The notes below the pieces were generated by a model, which was not told where the DNA came from, ran no database searches, and saw only the letters and a program-made list of their open reading frames with translations. Shown here in pieces: positions 28,863 through 38,444 of a stretch of 64,000 nucleotides of DNA; the stretch's first letter is position 1, and every line of letters starts with the position of its first letter. Source of the DNA: a virus (Duplodnaviria; Caudoviricetes); the IMG/VR virus record IMGVR_UViG_3300046615_000177, positions 32,001 to 96,000 of that record; one strand, given 5' to 3'. Both the position numbers and the translations under genes were made by a program.

Positions 28863-29343
28863 TAGCGTCAGCCTTCGGAAGTGCTTCGAGGTCTTCTTGG
28901 AGCCTCCGCAGATCGTCTGTGATATCCCGCGTGCGCTGCATAATCAGCAGTACCACCGGGACCATATCCGTCTCGAAGGCACTCAGGGCGTTGTACTCGT
29001 CCAGCAGCGTGTTAATACCGTCTTGCAGCATAGAGCGCTTGTACTCGATATCGCGCTTCGGAAGTATGTACCCTGTGATCTGCCGGATGGCCTGTTTCTT
29101 ACCTTCTAGCTCTTTCTCCAGCCGCTGGCGCTGCGTCACAAGATAGGCACCCTTACGCTCCAGCTCTTCGTTACCTTCGTTTGTGCGAATGAAGTATTGG
29201 TGGATGCCGTCCTCGATCATGACCACATCCGGCAGCACCCGCTTGATGGTCTCGAACCTCTCCTTGGCGAGTTCGAGATTAGCCATCTCAATGCTGTGGA
29301 AGGTGCGCAGGCGTTCGATATCATCTATCGCCATAGGGGCCAT
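28855..29343 (-). CDS. Hypothetical coiled-coil protein
   Basis: Packed ORF. Confidence 0.65.
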   Translation of the reverse strand: MAPMAIDDIERLRTFHSIEMANLELAKERFETIKRVLPDVVMIEDGIHQYFIRTNEGNEELERKGAYLVTQRQRLEKELEGKKQAIRQITGYILPKRDIEYKRSMLQDGINTLLDEYNALSAFETDMVPVVLLIMQRTRDITDDLRRLQEDLEALPKADANG

Positions 29344-29725
29344 CTCCCTTGTATCCGCGCGGGCGCATTACCCGACCGCTGGTGGCACCGTACATACTGT
29401 CAATCATCCGGTTGGCCCGCGCCTGCACCATACCTTTATGTGTGGCCGAAATAACAGCTCCTACCATCTGCCCGTAGTTGTTGTTTTCTGGAGGTGAGAT
29501 CAGCTTGTTAAGGACCTCTTGCAGCTTGGCCGCTCCTTCGTCATCTCCCACTGCCTGCATGCTCTCGATGGACTCTTTGGTCATTTCAACCACGCCCTTA
29601 ATGAGCGGATGGTCTGAAAGTGTGCCTTCTGCCAGCTCGTTAAGAAGTTGTACCGCTTGCGCGGAGAGGGTGACGGTCAGTGTGCCGTCCTCGTTCAGGG
29701 TCCAGCTCTTGCTCTTGTCACTCAT
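29321..29725 (-). CDS. Hypothetical protein
   Basis: RBS AAGGAG. Confidence 0.65.
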   Translation of the reverse strand: MSDKSKSWTLNEDGTLTVTLSAQAVQLLNELAEGTLSDHPLIKGVVEMTKESIESMQAVGDDEGAAKLQEVLNKLISPPENNNYGQMVGAVISATHKGMVQARANRMIDSMYGATSGRVMRPRGYKGDGPYGDR

Positions 29726-30020
29726 AGTGGATAGTCTCCTTTGGGGCTTCCGCCCTTAGTTCTGTAGTAGCTTGGATTAGCACCTGTTGCTGCTCTGTCA
29801 CGGTTAGTAGCCGGAATCGTGGTACTTCATTTCCTTCTGCATCCTGCACCGTTGTATGGAAGGACTTCTCGGACCGTACCCATACCTGCGGCTTGTCAAC
29901 GTGCATATTTTGATACACGACTGTAGCCTCGCCGTCAGCTTCGCGCTTCGCGTCTGCTATAAGCACCCGATAGTACTCCTTACTCTTATAATGCTGGTAC
30001 ACGCTGCCCGGGTAGATCAT
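29718..30020 (-). CDS. DUF1653-like protein
   Basis: YQHYKSKEYYRV..A..E....VVYQ...WVR...F...PRF pattern. Confidence 0.75.
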   Translation of the reverse strand: MIYPGSVYQHYKSKEYYRVLIADAKREADGEATVVYQNMHVDKPQVWVRSEKSFHTTVQDAEGNEVPRFRLLTVTEQQQVLIQATTELRAEAPKETIHYE

Positions 30021-30640
30021 TAGCCTTTCTCCGGCGCAGAGGGCGGTGTGGCAGCAGGTGCATTAAAGGACAGCGCGCCGGACATCAGCATGGAACCGAT
30101 AGCCTTCGTGACCAGCTCTTGCAGCATCCCGTCTACCCGCTTTTCGTCGAAGTTGGCTGCGACCCGCTCCCTGTACTCCTCAGTCACGTATTGTGGGATA
30201 AGCTTCCGAACCTCGACTTCAACGAGCGGCTTCAGGTCGTCGGTAGCTTTCTGCCACGACTTGCGATAGTCGTCTCCATAATTGCGCACAACTTCCTCAG
30301 CCATCGCCCGGATGGTCTGTCCACTACCTGTGTTGAGGCCCGCCGTTTTCATAGCATTATTGAAGTGTTCCGCAAGGATTTCTGCTCCCCACCCGGAGAA
30401 CGAACGCTTGTGTCCGTTCCACACGTTAGCCTCGTCTATCTTAATGGCAGCGTCAATCATCTGCTGCACCTTACGCTCAGCCAGCTTAGTAGCCTGCTCT
30501 TCCACCTTAGCTGCGATGTGCGGGTTGTTCAGCCACGCGTCCAGCATGGCGCTCGCAAGATTTTGCTTGATCTGCGCGGTAGGCAGTTCCCCATGTACGA
30601 ACCCGATCAGTTCTTCAATGCTCAGTGTAATTTTACCCAT
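30020..30640 (-). CDS. Hypothetical protein
   Basis: RBS AAAGGAG. Confidence 0.7.
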   Translation of the reverse strand: MGKITLSIEELIGFVHGELPTAQIKQNLASAMLDAWLNNPHIAAKVEEQATKLAERKVQQMIDAAIKIDEANVWNGHKRSFSGWGAEILAEHFNNAMKTAGLNTGSGQTIRAMAEEVVRNYGDDYRKSWQKATDDLKPLVEVEVRKLIPQYVTEEYRERVAANFDEKRVDGMLQELVTKAIGSMLMSGALSFNAPAATPPSAPEKG

Positions 30641-30698
30641 TATTTCCAGCTCCTTTGATTTTGTTTGATGGGCAGGTTGCTACCCTGCCCAGTCTTCG

Positions 30699-31007
30699 CT
30701 ACTCCAGCTCTTCTTCTCCGTCATCGTCCCAACTACCCGCGCCTTCGTCCTCTGCCTCTTCCTGCTCTGTCACCCATGTGCGGATGATCTCGCGTTCCCG
30801 TTCGCCCGGTTTGAGGCTGCTGTTGAAGCGGTTTACTACGCCTGCCGCCCGCGCTGTCAGAGCATTACCGACCTCGTCATCGGACAGAGAACCATCATTG
30901 ATGCTCTCTTCTTCGATCTCCACCAGTACCTCTTCCCACGAAGCGGAGGCCTCAAGCTCTTTAGTCTTGGACTTCCGAACCTCACCGTGCACTACGAATA
31001 CCTTCAC
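30699..31007 (-). CDS. Hypothetical acidic protein
   Basis: GTGA overlap. Confidence 0.6.
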   Translation of the reverse strand: MKVFVVHGEVRKSKTKELEASASWEEVLVEIEEESINDGSLSDDEVGNALTARAAGVVNRFNSSLKPGEREREIIRTWVTEQEEAEDEGAGSWDDDGEEELE

Positions 31008-31624
31008 TCCTGCCCGCTCCCTTTAGCTTCCACGGTCTCCATGGCGCTCTCGATTTCTGTTGCTCCCTCTGCCCCGTCTGAGGCGTCGGCTATCTGCTGC
31101 ATCTCTTCAGTCAGCATTCCCATGGTGCGCATACCTGCCTTATTAAAGGCCTCTTCTAAACTTGCCAGCGTCCTCATGGTATACACTCGGGTCTCCAGCG
31201 AACCGCTCAGTCTGTGCATTGCAGTATGAAGGTTCTCAACCTCTTTAAGTAGCTGCGGGTTGCGCAGCACAAAGCTCTTCAGCGGTGCCGCCATGGATAC
31301 AAAGTCCTTATGCTCCCGGCGAATCTTGCGATTCTCTTTAAGCTTCAGAAGTATGCCGTGCGCATCCTTGCGTGGAAAGTCGGCCAGCTCGACCGCGTGG
31401 GTCAAGTCTCCATATTCAAGGTCCATCGCATGCACTTGGTCATGTGCTGCGTCATGCAGGATCGGTACCTTAACCAGCGCATGGTGCAGCATGTCAATCA
31501 GCATCAGAAGCCCACCTGCACCCTTCAGAACCTCGGCGGGTATCGCGGTCTTCATTGCCTGCTCTCCCTGCCGCTTACTCTCTACCAGCCTACGTCTTGC
31601 CTGCCCCATCTCAATCAGTCCCAT
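31004..31624 (-). CDS. Hypothetical coiled-coil protein
   Basis: DLTHAVEL...LKENRKIRREHKD. Confidence 0.65.
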   Translation of the reverse strand: MGLIEMGQARRRLVESKRQGEQAMKTAIPAEVLKGAGGLLMLIDMLHHALVKVPILHDAAHDQVHAMDLEYGDLTHAVELADFPRKDAHGILLKLKENRKIRREHKDFVSMAAPLKSFVLRNPQLLKEVENLHTAMHRLSGSLETRVYTMRTLASLEEAFNKAGMRTMGMLTEEMQQIADASDGAEGATEIESAMETVEAKGSGQE

Positions 31625-33213
31625 CTATCCAGTTTGTATGAGGCTGTGCCTGTTGCTGCTGTCACTCGTATAGTAGCGTTAAGTGCCGCGCCACTTTGTA
31701 GGCGGATACCACATGCCGACGCTTCTTCGTATCCACCAAGCTGTGCGTTCTTCGAATACGATTCGATAGTGGAGCGTACTTCCCGAAGCTCGGACTTCAG
31801 CGTCTCAGGGAATAGCGCAATCCCTGCGCGTCCGGCGCGGTTGTCCCTCGCTCCGTCAAGTATGAAGATAACGGCCTTGCCTTGGTGCGCGTTCTCCTCG
31901 TACCACATGGACGGCTGATATGTGATGCCTGTTACCTTGCACCATCCACTCGTGAGTCCCCATTGAGACGGTGCAGAGCCGCCGCTATATACGTACCAGT
32001 TAACTGGGTTGCGGCGTTCCTCTGTATCCCATTGCAGGATAGGCGGCGCGTCCGCGTTGACAGCGGTCAGGAGCGCGGTGAAGACATCGGTTCCACTACG
32101 CACTTGGTACTCGATAACTTCAGCGTTCGGAAGCACGGTCTCCAAGAACTTACGCCATGTCATAGTGACCGTTGGGAGCGTCATCGCCTTGGCTGGGGTT
32201 GGAGCGTCCTTTGCCTTCAAGTGGCCGAACAATCCGCCAGCCTCTTGCTCGTTCTTCGGAAGTGCAGGCTTCCATATCGTTTCGATCTCGTCCAGCCTTG
32301 CGAATCGGCGTTCTAGTGATGGTGCAAGTCCCAGCTTCTCGAATATCTTCTCGGCTTGGGCGATGTTCCCGGCGCTCGATGCCGCTTGTGGGCGCTGGTA
32401 CTGCAATGGGTTCATCTTGGCAGAGAAACGCTTCTTCACGCTCTCAAACTCCATGCCGGACTGAATGTCGTCGAGCAGGGTCCCGATCATGGAGCTTCTG
32501 ACGTGGGCGAATCCAGCCGGAGCAGTAGCCACCGCCAGCCATACTGCGTTGTTGCGGGTCTTGAGGTTCTTGACATGCACACTGCTTTCCGCCAGCTTCA
32601 GGAACCATTCTGCCACGCCCAGCGTCTTCTCACTACGGTACAGCACCTCACTCTTTAGAAGCGTGACCGCTTGCTGTATGGTTGGCAGGCTGTACGACTG
32701 AATAGCTTCCTGAAGCATCCGATAGTCTTCGCGCTTCTCAGCCATCTTCTGGCCTGCCGTCATAAGGCGGCTTGTGTACACGGACTTCGGAAGCTGGGTA
32801 ACAGACATGTGTGTCCATTCGCCTGTCTGCGGTTGTCCCCATACCTTTTCTTCCGACAGGAACACTCCTGTCACCTCGGCCTTCTTGACCGCCTCAATCA
32901 CTGCATTCACGGACGGCAGGAAGAACGTTGGCGCGTTCAAGTCCCACATGACAGGCTTTATCGTACTGTCCGCCCCGATGGTCACCAGTCCGCCGAAGCG
33001 GTTGACGAAGTTCGCGCAGGCCCGGCAGGTGTAGTACTGTCGAGCTTCGGCGGGCAGGTTGTGTAGGAACAGCTCGAACAGGTTGCCCGCGTCTGTTGTA
33101 AACAGGCGTGTTCCCTCCATTACGTTCGCGCTGTAGTTGTGCCTAACAGCCTGCTCCAGCGCCGGATAGTTGTGGTTGTTCTCATTAGGGGCCGTCCCCG
33201 TAGTCATTGTCAT
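31615..33213 (-). CDS. Large phage protein of unknown function
   Basis: 532-aa ORF, CRAC...F..RFGGLV motif. Confidence 0.8.
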   Translation of the reverse strand: MTMTTGTAPNENNHNYPALEQAVRHNYSANVMEGTRLFTTDAGNLFELFLHNLPAEARQYYTCRACANFVNRFGGLVTIGADSTIKPVMWDLNAPTFFLPSVNAVIEAVKKAEVTGVFLSEEKVWGQPQTGEWTHMSVTQLPKSVYTSRLMTAGQKMAEKREDYRMLQEAIQSYSLPTIQQAVTLLKSEVLYRSEKTLGVAEWFLKLAESSVHVKNLKTRNNAVWLAVATAPAGFAHVRSSMIGTLLDDIQSGMEFESVKKRFSAKMNPLQYQRPQAASSAGNIAQAEKIFEKLGLAPSLERRFARLDEIETIWKPALPKNEQEAGGLFGHLKAKDAPTPAKAMTLPTVTMTWRKFLETVLPNAEVIEYQVRSGTDVFTALLTAVNADAPPILQWDTEERRNPVNWYVYSGGSAPSQWGLTSGWCKVTGITYQPSMWYEENAHQGKAVIFILDGARDNRAGRAGIALFPETLKSELREVRSTIESYSKNAQLGGYEEASACGIRLQSGAALNATIRVTAATGTASYKLDRWD

Positions 33214-33462
33214 TGGTTTAATTCACTCCCTGTTCGTAGTCAATATCGAACTCATACATCTGCGGCAAGTACTGCCGCTTAATCACCAGCCATGCACACC
33301 CGCTCTCATGGTGTGCCATAACGAATACGATCTGATAAGGCTCGCCGCGCACGTTGACCATGCCGCCCTCCCTATACCTACCCCAGCGTTCCAAGATGGA
33401 TACGCTAGGAATGTAGGTGAAGGCGGGATCGTACGGCCTAAAGCGTTGGTGCTCGGTGTCCT

Positions 33463-34341
33463 CTACTTTGGGGAGGGTGGAGCCGGGCGCGGTCTACTAA
33501 CTGGAGGTGCAGGCTGTGTACTCCGTTCATCTATGGTCTGCTCCGCCCCTTGTGACACCGGAGCCGGGACAGCCTTACCCATCACCTGCTGCTGGAACGG
33601 CCTGCCCACATTGGTACGCTTGGTAGCCTTCCCGTTAGCACTGTGATAGATCGTCTCATGGCCTTGGGGCTTCAGCATGACACCTTGTGGATACGATCCC
33701 GCCATGGGTTCCCCGTACTGGCGCTTGTAGCCCAGTATATTGATATAAGGTGTAACGTCTTCCTGCTCATGCATAATCATCAGCAGGTCAACCAGTGCCA
33801 TGGTGTCCTCCATCGCGGAGTGAGCACCTTCGAGCGATACCCCATAATGTGCGGCCATCGCTGTCAGCTTGTGACTACCCTTCGGAACCCGGTCACGCGC
33901 AATGGTTAACGGGCATATGATGTCGATAAATTCGAGATCACCGAAGTGGCCCAGCTGGCGCTCCAGCATATTCTTCAGCACCGTGTAATCAAAGTTGGCG
34001 TTATAAGCGACCAGCACCGGGTCCTCTGCCGTCTCTTCTGGCTCGTTCTCTGCCCCCAGTATCATGTCCCATAAGATGCTTGCCGCTTTGTATTCTGCCA
34101 TACCCTTCAGAAGGTCGGCGCGGCTATGATGTCCGTTCTCCAGCGCCTGCGACCAGCCCGTTTCCGGGTGGTCGTCTGGGTTATAGTAAATCAGGGTGTT
34201 AAACATGCTAGTGACTTCTCCGTCTACTACCCGGACGGCGCACACCTCCACAGGTCTCTGCGCCATCAGATCGAGCTTACCGTCTGGGGTCTGCGCCCCA
34301 TTGGTTTCAAAGTCGAGGAAGAGCATTGTCCGTAAGGTCAT
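33463..34341 (-). CDS. DEDDh 3'-5' exonuclease (DnaQ-like)
   Basis: FLDFETNG, VAYNANFD, AHSAMEDT. Confidence 0.9.
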   Translation of the reverse strand: MTLRTMLFLDFETNGAQTPDGKLDLMAQRPVEVCAVRVVDGEVTSMFNTLIYYNPDDHPETGWSQALENGHHSRADLLKGMAEYKAASILWDMILGAENEPEETAEDPVLVAYNANFDYTVLKNMLERQLGHFGDLEFIDIICPLTIARDRVPKGSHKLTAMAAHYGVSLEGAHSAMEDTMALVDLLMIMHEQEDVTPYINILGYKRQYGEPMAGSYPQGVMLKPQGHETIYHSANGKATKRTNVGRPFQQQVMGKAVPAPVSQGAEQTIDERSTQPAPPVSRPRPAPPSPK

Positions 34342-34628
34342 TAGCTTTCGGCCTCCTCGGTTAGATGCAAATATGGCATAGCGACGGGAGGTTTTGGTGC
34401 AGGAGCTAAAATGTACCGGGTGTAGCTCAATTCTTGAAGTTCTCTCTGCGCCTGTTCCTGCTCTTGTTTCAGCAGCTTAATACCCCTCTTAACAGCTGGA
34501 TCATCGCTCTCGCCGCCGTTGCGTAGTGCTTCGATGGCTGTGCCCCAGTCTCGCACGTTTTCCTGCGCCCGGATAATACAGTCTGCGATATACTCACCAC
34601 GAAGGGATGCGGATGGCATGCTACTCAT
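34341..34628 (-). CDS. Hypothetical protein
   Basis: Likely start MSSMP after GGAGG. Confidence 0.55.
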   Translation of the reverse strand: MSSMPSASLRGEYIADCIIRAQENVRDWGTAIEALRNGGESDDPAVKRGIKLLKQEQEQAQRELQELSYTRYILAPAPKPPVAMPYLHLTEEAES

Positions 34629-34950
34629 TGTCTTCAACCTCCTTGTCCTCAATTTGATCGTACACAATATAATTGTCGTCCTCTCCAAGTACGTAGCGGA
34701 CGCCATCTTTGACGTAGCCCCTGCACCACTTGACGAAAAGGTCGCGCGGTACGCCGCTGGTGTGGCGGCAGTTCGGGGTAGTGTTGTACAGTACATACAT
34801 CCATGTGGTCGCTACGATGTGGCGGCGACGCACTCCGCCGTTGTGAAACTCGGTAACCCCTTCATCCACTAGCTTAGCGAGCTGGGGCCAGCTCAGGCTT
34901 TTAAGTTTGCGACGTGCACTCTCTGCTGCGTTCTTTTGGGTGGCGGTCAT
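34621..34950 (-). CDS. Hypothetical protein
   Basis: ATGA overlap. Confidence 0.6.
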   Translation of the reverse strand: MTATQKNAAESARRKLKSLSWPQLAKLVDEGVTEFHNGGVRRRHIVATTWMYVLYNTTPNCRHTSGVPRDLFVKWCRGYVKDGVRYVLGEDDNYIVYDQIEDKEVEDNE

Positions 34951-35276
34951 TTCGATCTACCCACTTCCGAAGTAGGTGGCGGAGGCGGCTCAATGCCTAA
35001 CGCGATGCGCAATCTCCGGGTCGCTACGTCTACCCGGTATGTCGCGATGTTCATATCGTCGATTGCTACGTTGATGTAGGCGGACTCTGCTTGGTCGAAG
35101 TTCTTCTCAGCTCGCCGGAGTTCCCGGTTGGCCTCAAAGAATTCAATCTGCGCGTCCATGATCCCGTCGTGCGCCGGATTTTTGCCCTTCGGAAGGTCGG
35201 ACAATGCTCCGATTTTTGCCTTGTGCTGATCAATACCGAACAGCCCCGCCATGCTACCGAAAACGCCTTTTACCAT
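34947..35276 (-). CDS. YaaL/DUF2508-like protein
   Basis: A.REL..AEKNFDQAE..YI..AI..MN pattern. Confidence 0.55.
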   Translation of the reverse strand: MVKGVFGSMAGLFGIDQHKAKIGALSDLPKGKNPAHDGIMDAQIEFFEANRELRRAEKNFDQAESAYINVAIDDMNIATYRVDVATRRLRIALGIEPPPPPTSEVGRSK

Positions 35277-35302
35277 ATTCCCAATCCCCTCACGTTGTTG
35301 TT

Positions 35303-35929
35303 TTAGCAGGAGCCGTTAAGTAGACTCACATCTGCTGATAAATGGATAATTGCCGGAAGATTCGCATTCGTCTTTTCGACGAAGTCAATTGTCGATACCC
35401 CCAGAGCCTGTAAATGCTCCAGAGCCTGCTTGCCGCTTGCTGCCGTGTCAATCACGTTATTAAGCTCGTTCTTCAGCTTGTGGACATCCTTCTTATCCTT
35501 AAGCAGCTTCTGAAGTGCGGCGTCCTTCTGAAGCTTGTGGATAAGGTTACCCACCTCTTCGTTACCATAGGATACGTACTCCCCGCCGCTCTCGATGGTG
35601 TTAATGGCCCGGTGGCTCAGCGCATTCCTAACGGTGCCAAACAGGTGAGCAGTCATCTTGCGGGTGTCTGAGATGTCCTGCACAACGCCGCTGTAATTTG
35701 TGGTGCTGTTCATGAGCTTCTGAAGCTGCTCAGTCAACCCACTGTCGAACTTGTGCATGATGTCCTTTCCGTGAGTTGGGATGTCACCGATCAGCCCACG
35801 GATGATGCGGTTCAGCTCCTCGTGGAAATGCTCCTTGTAGTAGGCCTCGACCTGCTTCGTCAGATTCTCCCGGCTACGTGTGGACAGCATTTCGACAAAA
35901 TCCCGCACGTCTTGCTTTCTGATTGCCAT
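35303..35929 (-). CDS. Hypothetical protein
   Basis: RBS GAGGGAG, first gene after a sigmaA-type promoter. Confidence 0.75.
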   Translation of the reverse strand: MAIRKQDVRDFVEMLSTRSRENLTKQVEAYYKEHFHEELNRIIRGLIGDIPTHGKDIMHKFDSGLTEQLQKLMNSTTNYSGVVQDISDTRKMTAHLFGTVRNALSHRAINTIESGGEYVSYGNEEVGNLIHKLQKDAALQKLLKDKKDVHKLKNELNNVIDTAASGKQALEHLQALGVSTIDFVEKTNANLPAIIHLSADVSLLNGSC

Positions 35930-35958
35930 TTTTACCGCTCCCTCTTAGTGTCAGTTGG

Positions 35959-36020
35959 TGTCGAACGCTCTCAGTATACAACAAGTTTGCACAAGTGTAA
36001 ACAAGTTTCGACAAGTTTCT
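35959..36020 (-). promoter_or_regulatory. SigmaA-type promoter overlapped by a 10-bp iteron / Spo0A-box array
   Basis: TTTACA(36001-35996)-N17-TATACT(35978-35973); ACAAGT at 35981, 35991, 36001 and 36011; perfect 0A boxes at 35959 and 36007. Confidence 0.75.
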
Positions 36021-36059
36021 TCAACGAGGGTATACAAGATTCGACTTTCCACAGGGTAC

Positions 36060-36090
36060 AAAAAGGCGCGGACCACAATCTCCCGCGCCA
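36060..36090 (-). terminator. Rho-independent terminator
   Basis: GGCGCGG...CCGCGCC-TTTTT. Confidence 0.7.
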
Positions 36091-36097
36091 GTCTTGC

Positions 36098-36394
36098 TTA
36101 TTCTGAATCTGCGACTTCCACTTCCATGTCCGGCAGGCTCTCCATTACCTTCATATAGGCGGCGGAGAACCGCGCCTGTGCGTCCAGCTTCTGCTCCAGC
36201 TCGTTGGCGAGCACGCTGCGCACGCGCTCCGGCGCGCTGTACTTCAGAGGCACGTCAGGAGCCTCCCCCAGTAACCACTGAAGATACAAAACTTCGTCCT
36301 TCAGCAGCTCACTCTCTGCCTGCACCTGCTTAACTGTGAATACTGCCACATTACCCACTCCTTCCCTCCCGTTCTGGCTGACCAGTGATGCCAT
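36098..36394 (-). CDS. Hypothetical protein
   Basis: True start probably GTG ~36348 after GGAGGGAAGGAG. Confidence 0.55.
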   Translation of the reverse strand: MASLVSQNGREGVGNVAVFTVKQVQAESELLKDEVLYLQWLLGEAPDVPLKYSAPERVRSVLANELEQKLDAQARFSAAYMKVMESLPDMEVEVADSE

Positions 36395-36431
36395 CTAGAA
36401 CTATGCAGGTGTGGAGCGCTGGTGTCAATCT

Positions 36432-36665
36432 CTACATGACAGTACGCATGTATGCGTTGATGCCGACGACCTTGCATAAGCAGGTAATCTCATTCGGCTC
36501 AATATCCATAACTTCCCAGTACACCGCTTCCTGCTCAGGCACGTTTCCTGCGCTTCGGAAGACCTTGCCTACGAACAAAACCTCTTTACCTAGTATGGTC
36601 AGCCTGTGCTCGTCGCCCATCTCGTATACTGTAGCAGAATTCTCGCTCTCACCCATCCCAATCAT
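36432..36665 (-). CDS. Hypothetical protein
   Basis: Packed ORF. Confidence 0.55.
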   Translation of the reverse strand: MIGMGESENSATVYEMGDEHRLTILGKEVLFVGKVFRSAGNVPEQEAVYWEVMDIEPNEITCLCKVVGINAYMRTVM

Positions 36666-36669
36666 CTCC

Positions 36670-37143
36670 CTATAAGTTGTATGCCATCACTTCTTCAGCG
36701 CCGCGAGCCACTAGCACTCCCGGGAGGGCGCACAGGCCCAAGGCAGCGAGCCGCCCGGACATCATGTCGTCCTGCTGCCGCCAGTACGCTACATCGGCAG
36801 CGGTGCCCATCTGCGTGACCTCGATGTACGATCCGTATCCGGTATTAACGCACACTACCTCAATGCACACAACACCGCTGAACTTCCGAAGGAAGGCAGT
36901 GTTCGGTCCGTCCCACTCCGGCAGGTCAACCAGCTCCTGAACCCGGACAAGCTTGGACACACCCAGTTCCCATAGTCCAGCTGTGCGCTCCCCAAACAAG
37001 GCATACGCAAGGTTACGCGCCCGCCATCCGTTCAGCGGAAGCACCTGCGTTTCTACGCCAGTCCCCGTATGGCGGACCCCTGTTGCTTTGCCTACCTCCG
37101 TGTCCACACGCACCAGCTCGTACCCGTATTTTAAGTTGATCAT
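36670..37143 (-). CDS. Hypothetical protein
   Basis: ATGA overlap, RBS AGGGAG. Confidence 0.65.
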   Translation of the reverse strand: MINLKYGYELVRVDTEVGKATGVRHTGTGVETQVLPLNGWRARNLAYALFGERTAGLWELGVSKLVRVQELVDLPEWDGPNTAFLRKFSGVVCIEVVCVNTGYGSYIEVTQMGTAADVAYWRQQDDMMSGRLAALGLCALPGVLVARGAEEVMAYNL

Positions 37144-37367
37144 TTTGCAACTCTCCCTTGTCTTTGTGTTGGCAGTACCTTAACGCCGTGCGAAGCTAAC
37201 AGCGCCGCATCTGTGGCACGAGCAAACGGTATAAACTCTTCGAAGGTCATCGGTTTCTTCCGATTGTTACTATACTTCCGAAGCTTACACTCATATGATC
37301 TGTACCTACCTGCTAGGAATCCAAAGTTACCGGAGTACCTTGGCCTCCATGCTCGTTTCTCGCTCAT
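37140..37367 (-). CDS. Hypothetical basic protein
   Basis: TAATG overlap with the upstream small gene. Confidence 0.55.
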   Translation of the reverse strand: MSEKRAWRPRYSGNFGFLAGRYRSYECKLRKYSNNRKKPMTFEEFIPFARATDAALLASHGVKVLPTQRQGRVAK

Positions 37368-37537
37368 TACGAATTTCTCCGCCAGTTTATAATAACATCC
37401 ATCATACCCTCTTCTGCGGCGCGACGGGTTTTAAATTCCCCTCTTGTCTCTGCACCGTCGGTAATAGTGAAGTAGGATTCCCCGGACTCATTCGGCCAGC
37501 GCGACGGAACAACGGAAAAGCTTTGTACATCAGACAC
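37367..37537 (-). CDS. Small protein (56 aa) not in the ORF track
   Basis: GTG start after AAGGAG; MSDVQSFSVVPSRWPNESGESYFTITDG...NWRRNS*. Confidence 0.6.
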   Translation of the reverse strand: MSDVQSFSVVPSRWPNESGESYFTITDGAETRGEFKTRRAAEEGMMDVIINWRRNS

Positions 37538-37545
37538 ACTATCAT

Positions 37546-37623
37546 CTCCTTAGTTTTATTTGGGGTATCCTCCCCAAGTCAAAGGCCAAGCTATTGACTC
37601 CGCTTGGCCTTATCCTTCGTTAG
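37546..37623 (-). ncRNA. Candidate structured RNA leader, copy 1
   Basis: CGAAGGAT-[AAGGCCAAGC/GCTTGGCCTT]-TGACTTGGGGAGGATACCCCAAATAAAACTAAGGAG. Confidence 0.55.
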
Positions 37624-37624
37624 G

Positions 37625-38059
37625 CTACCCGACGATCCGGGACTCACTAATTATTACTTCAAACTCCTTGCCTTCGTCTTTCCGCTGAAAGCGCGCGGTA
37701 CCACTAGATAAATGGTCAGCTATTACCATATTCTCGATAATATCCAGCTCGCGCGCCTGCGCTGTGTCGAAGGCCTTAGACACCGCTGTCCGGTAATCCC
37801 TTGCTTCCCCTACCGAAAGGAAGCCCTCCGTAGGGCACACAGTGAAGGTCTTACCATTGGCCGGAATGTGGATGGCAACTAGGTAAATCAGCGGCGTACC
37901 CCTGTTCGGGTCGTACTGATTGGAGTATGTGAACATATTCCACTTATCTGGGCTGTCAATCAGGCGGGTGTTCCACCATTCCATGGTGGCCTTGCTGAAC
38001 CAGTGATGGCCGGAAGCCTTATCGTTTCTCTTCATCGCTGCAAAAGTCATCTTTTTCAT
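37625..38059 (-). CDS. Hypothetical early protein
   Basis: Start MKKMTF behind a phage promoter element. Confidence 0.7.
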   Translation of the reverse strand: MKKMTFAAMKRNDKASGHHWFSKATMEWWNTRLIDSPDKWNMFTYSNQYDPNRGTPLIYLVAIHIPANGKTFTVCPTEGFLSVGEARDYRTAVSKAFDTAQARELDIIENMVIADHLSSGTARFQRKDEGKEFEVIISESRIVG

Positions 38060-38101
38060 TGTCAGTTCCCCTTTGGTTTTTGGTTTGGAAGCTCCCGCTC
38101 C

Positions 38102-38139
38102 CTCATATTCAATATACACAGGTTTCTCGTATAACTATT
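38102..38139 (-). promoter_or_regulatory. Phage-specific promoter-like element, copy 2
   Basis: AATAGTT-ATAC-GAG-AAA-CCTGTG-TATATT-GAAT-ATGAG. Confidence 0.78.
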
Positions 38140-38163
38140 ATGGACTTCCGAAGAGCACCCGGC

Positions 38164-38373
38164 TTATACCGCTTTAGCTGGGCGTACTGCATCTAGGTGT
38201 GTGGTGGGGTTGCTGTGTACTCCGTTGCAGAATCCTACGTTGTACGCTTGGTCGCCATACGTGCGCCATCCCGTTCTCATGATCTGCTCTTCAGAACCCG
38301 GAGTAGGTTTGTGCAGCTTACCGCAGAGGGCGCACCAGTACGAACGCCCTGCTGTTCCGAATTCTTCCTGCAT
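38164..38373 (-). CDS. Small Cys-containing protein
   Basis: RBS AAGGAGG; CALCG. Confidence 0.65.
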   Translation of the reverse strand: MQEEFGTAGRSYWCALCGKLHKPTPGSEEQIMRTGWRTYGDQAYNVGFCNGVHSNPTTHLDAVRPAKAV

Positions 38374-38444
38374 TGTTCTATCCTCCTTCCTTTCACGGAT
38401 TAAAGAGGGGAGGGCAGCACGTCTGCCACCCGTCGCTCTTTGTG

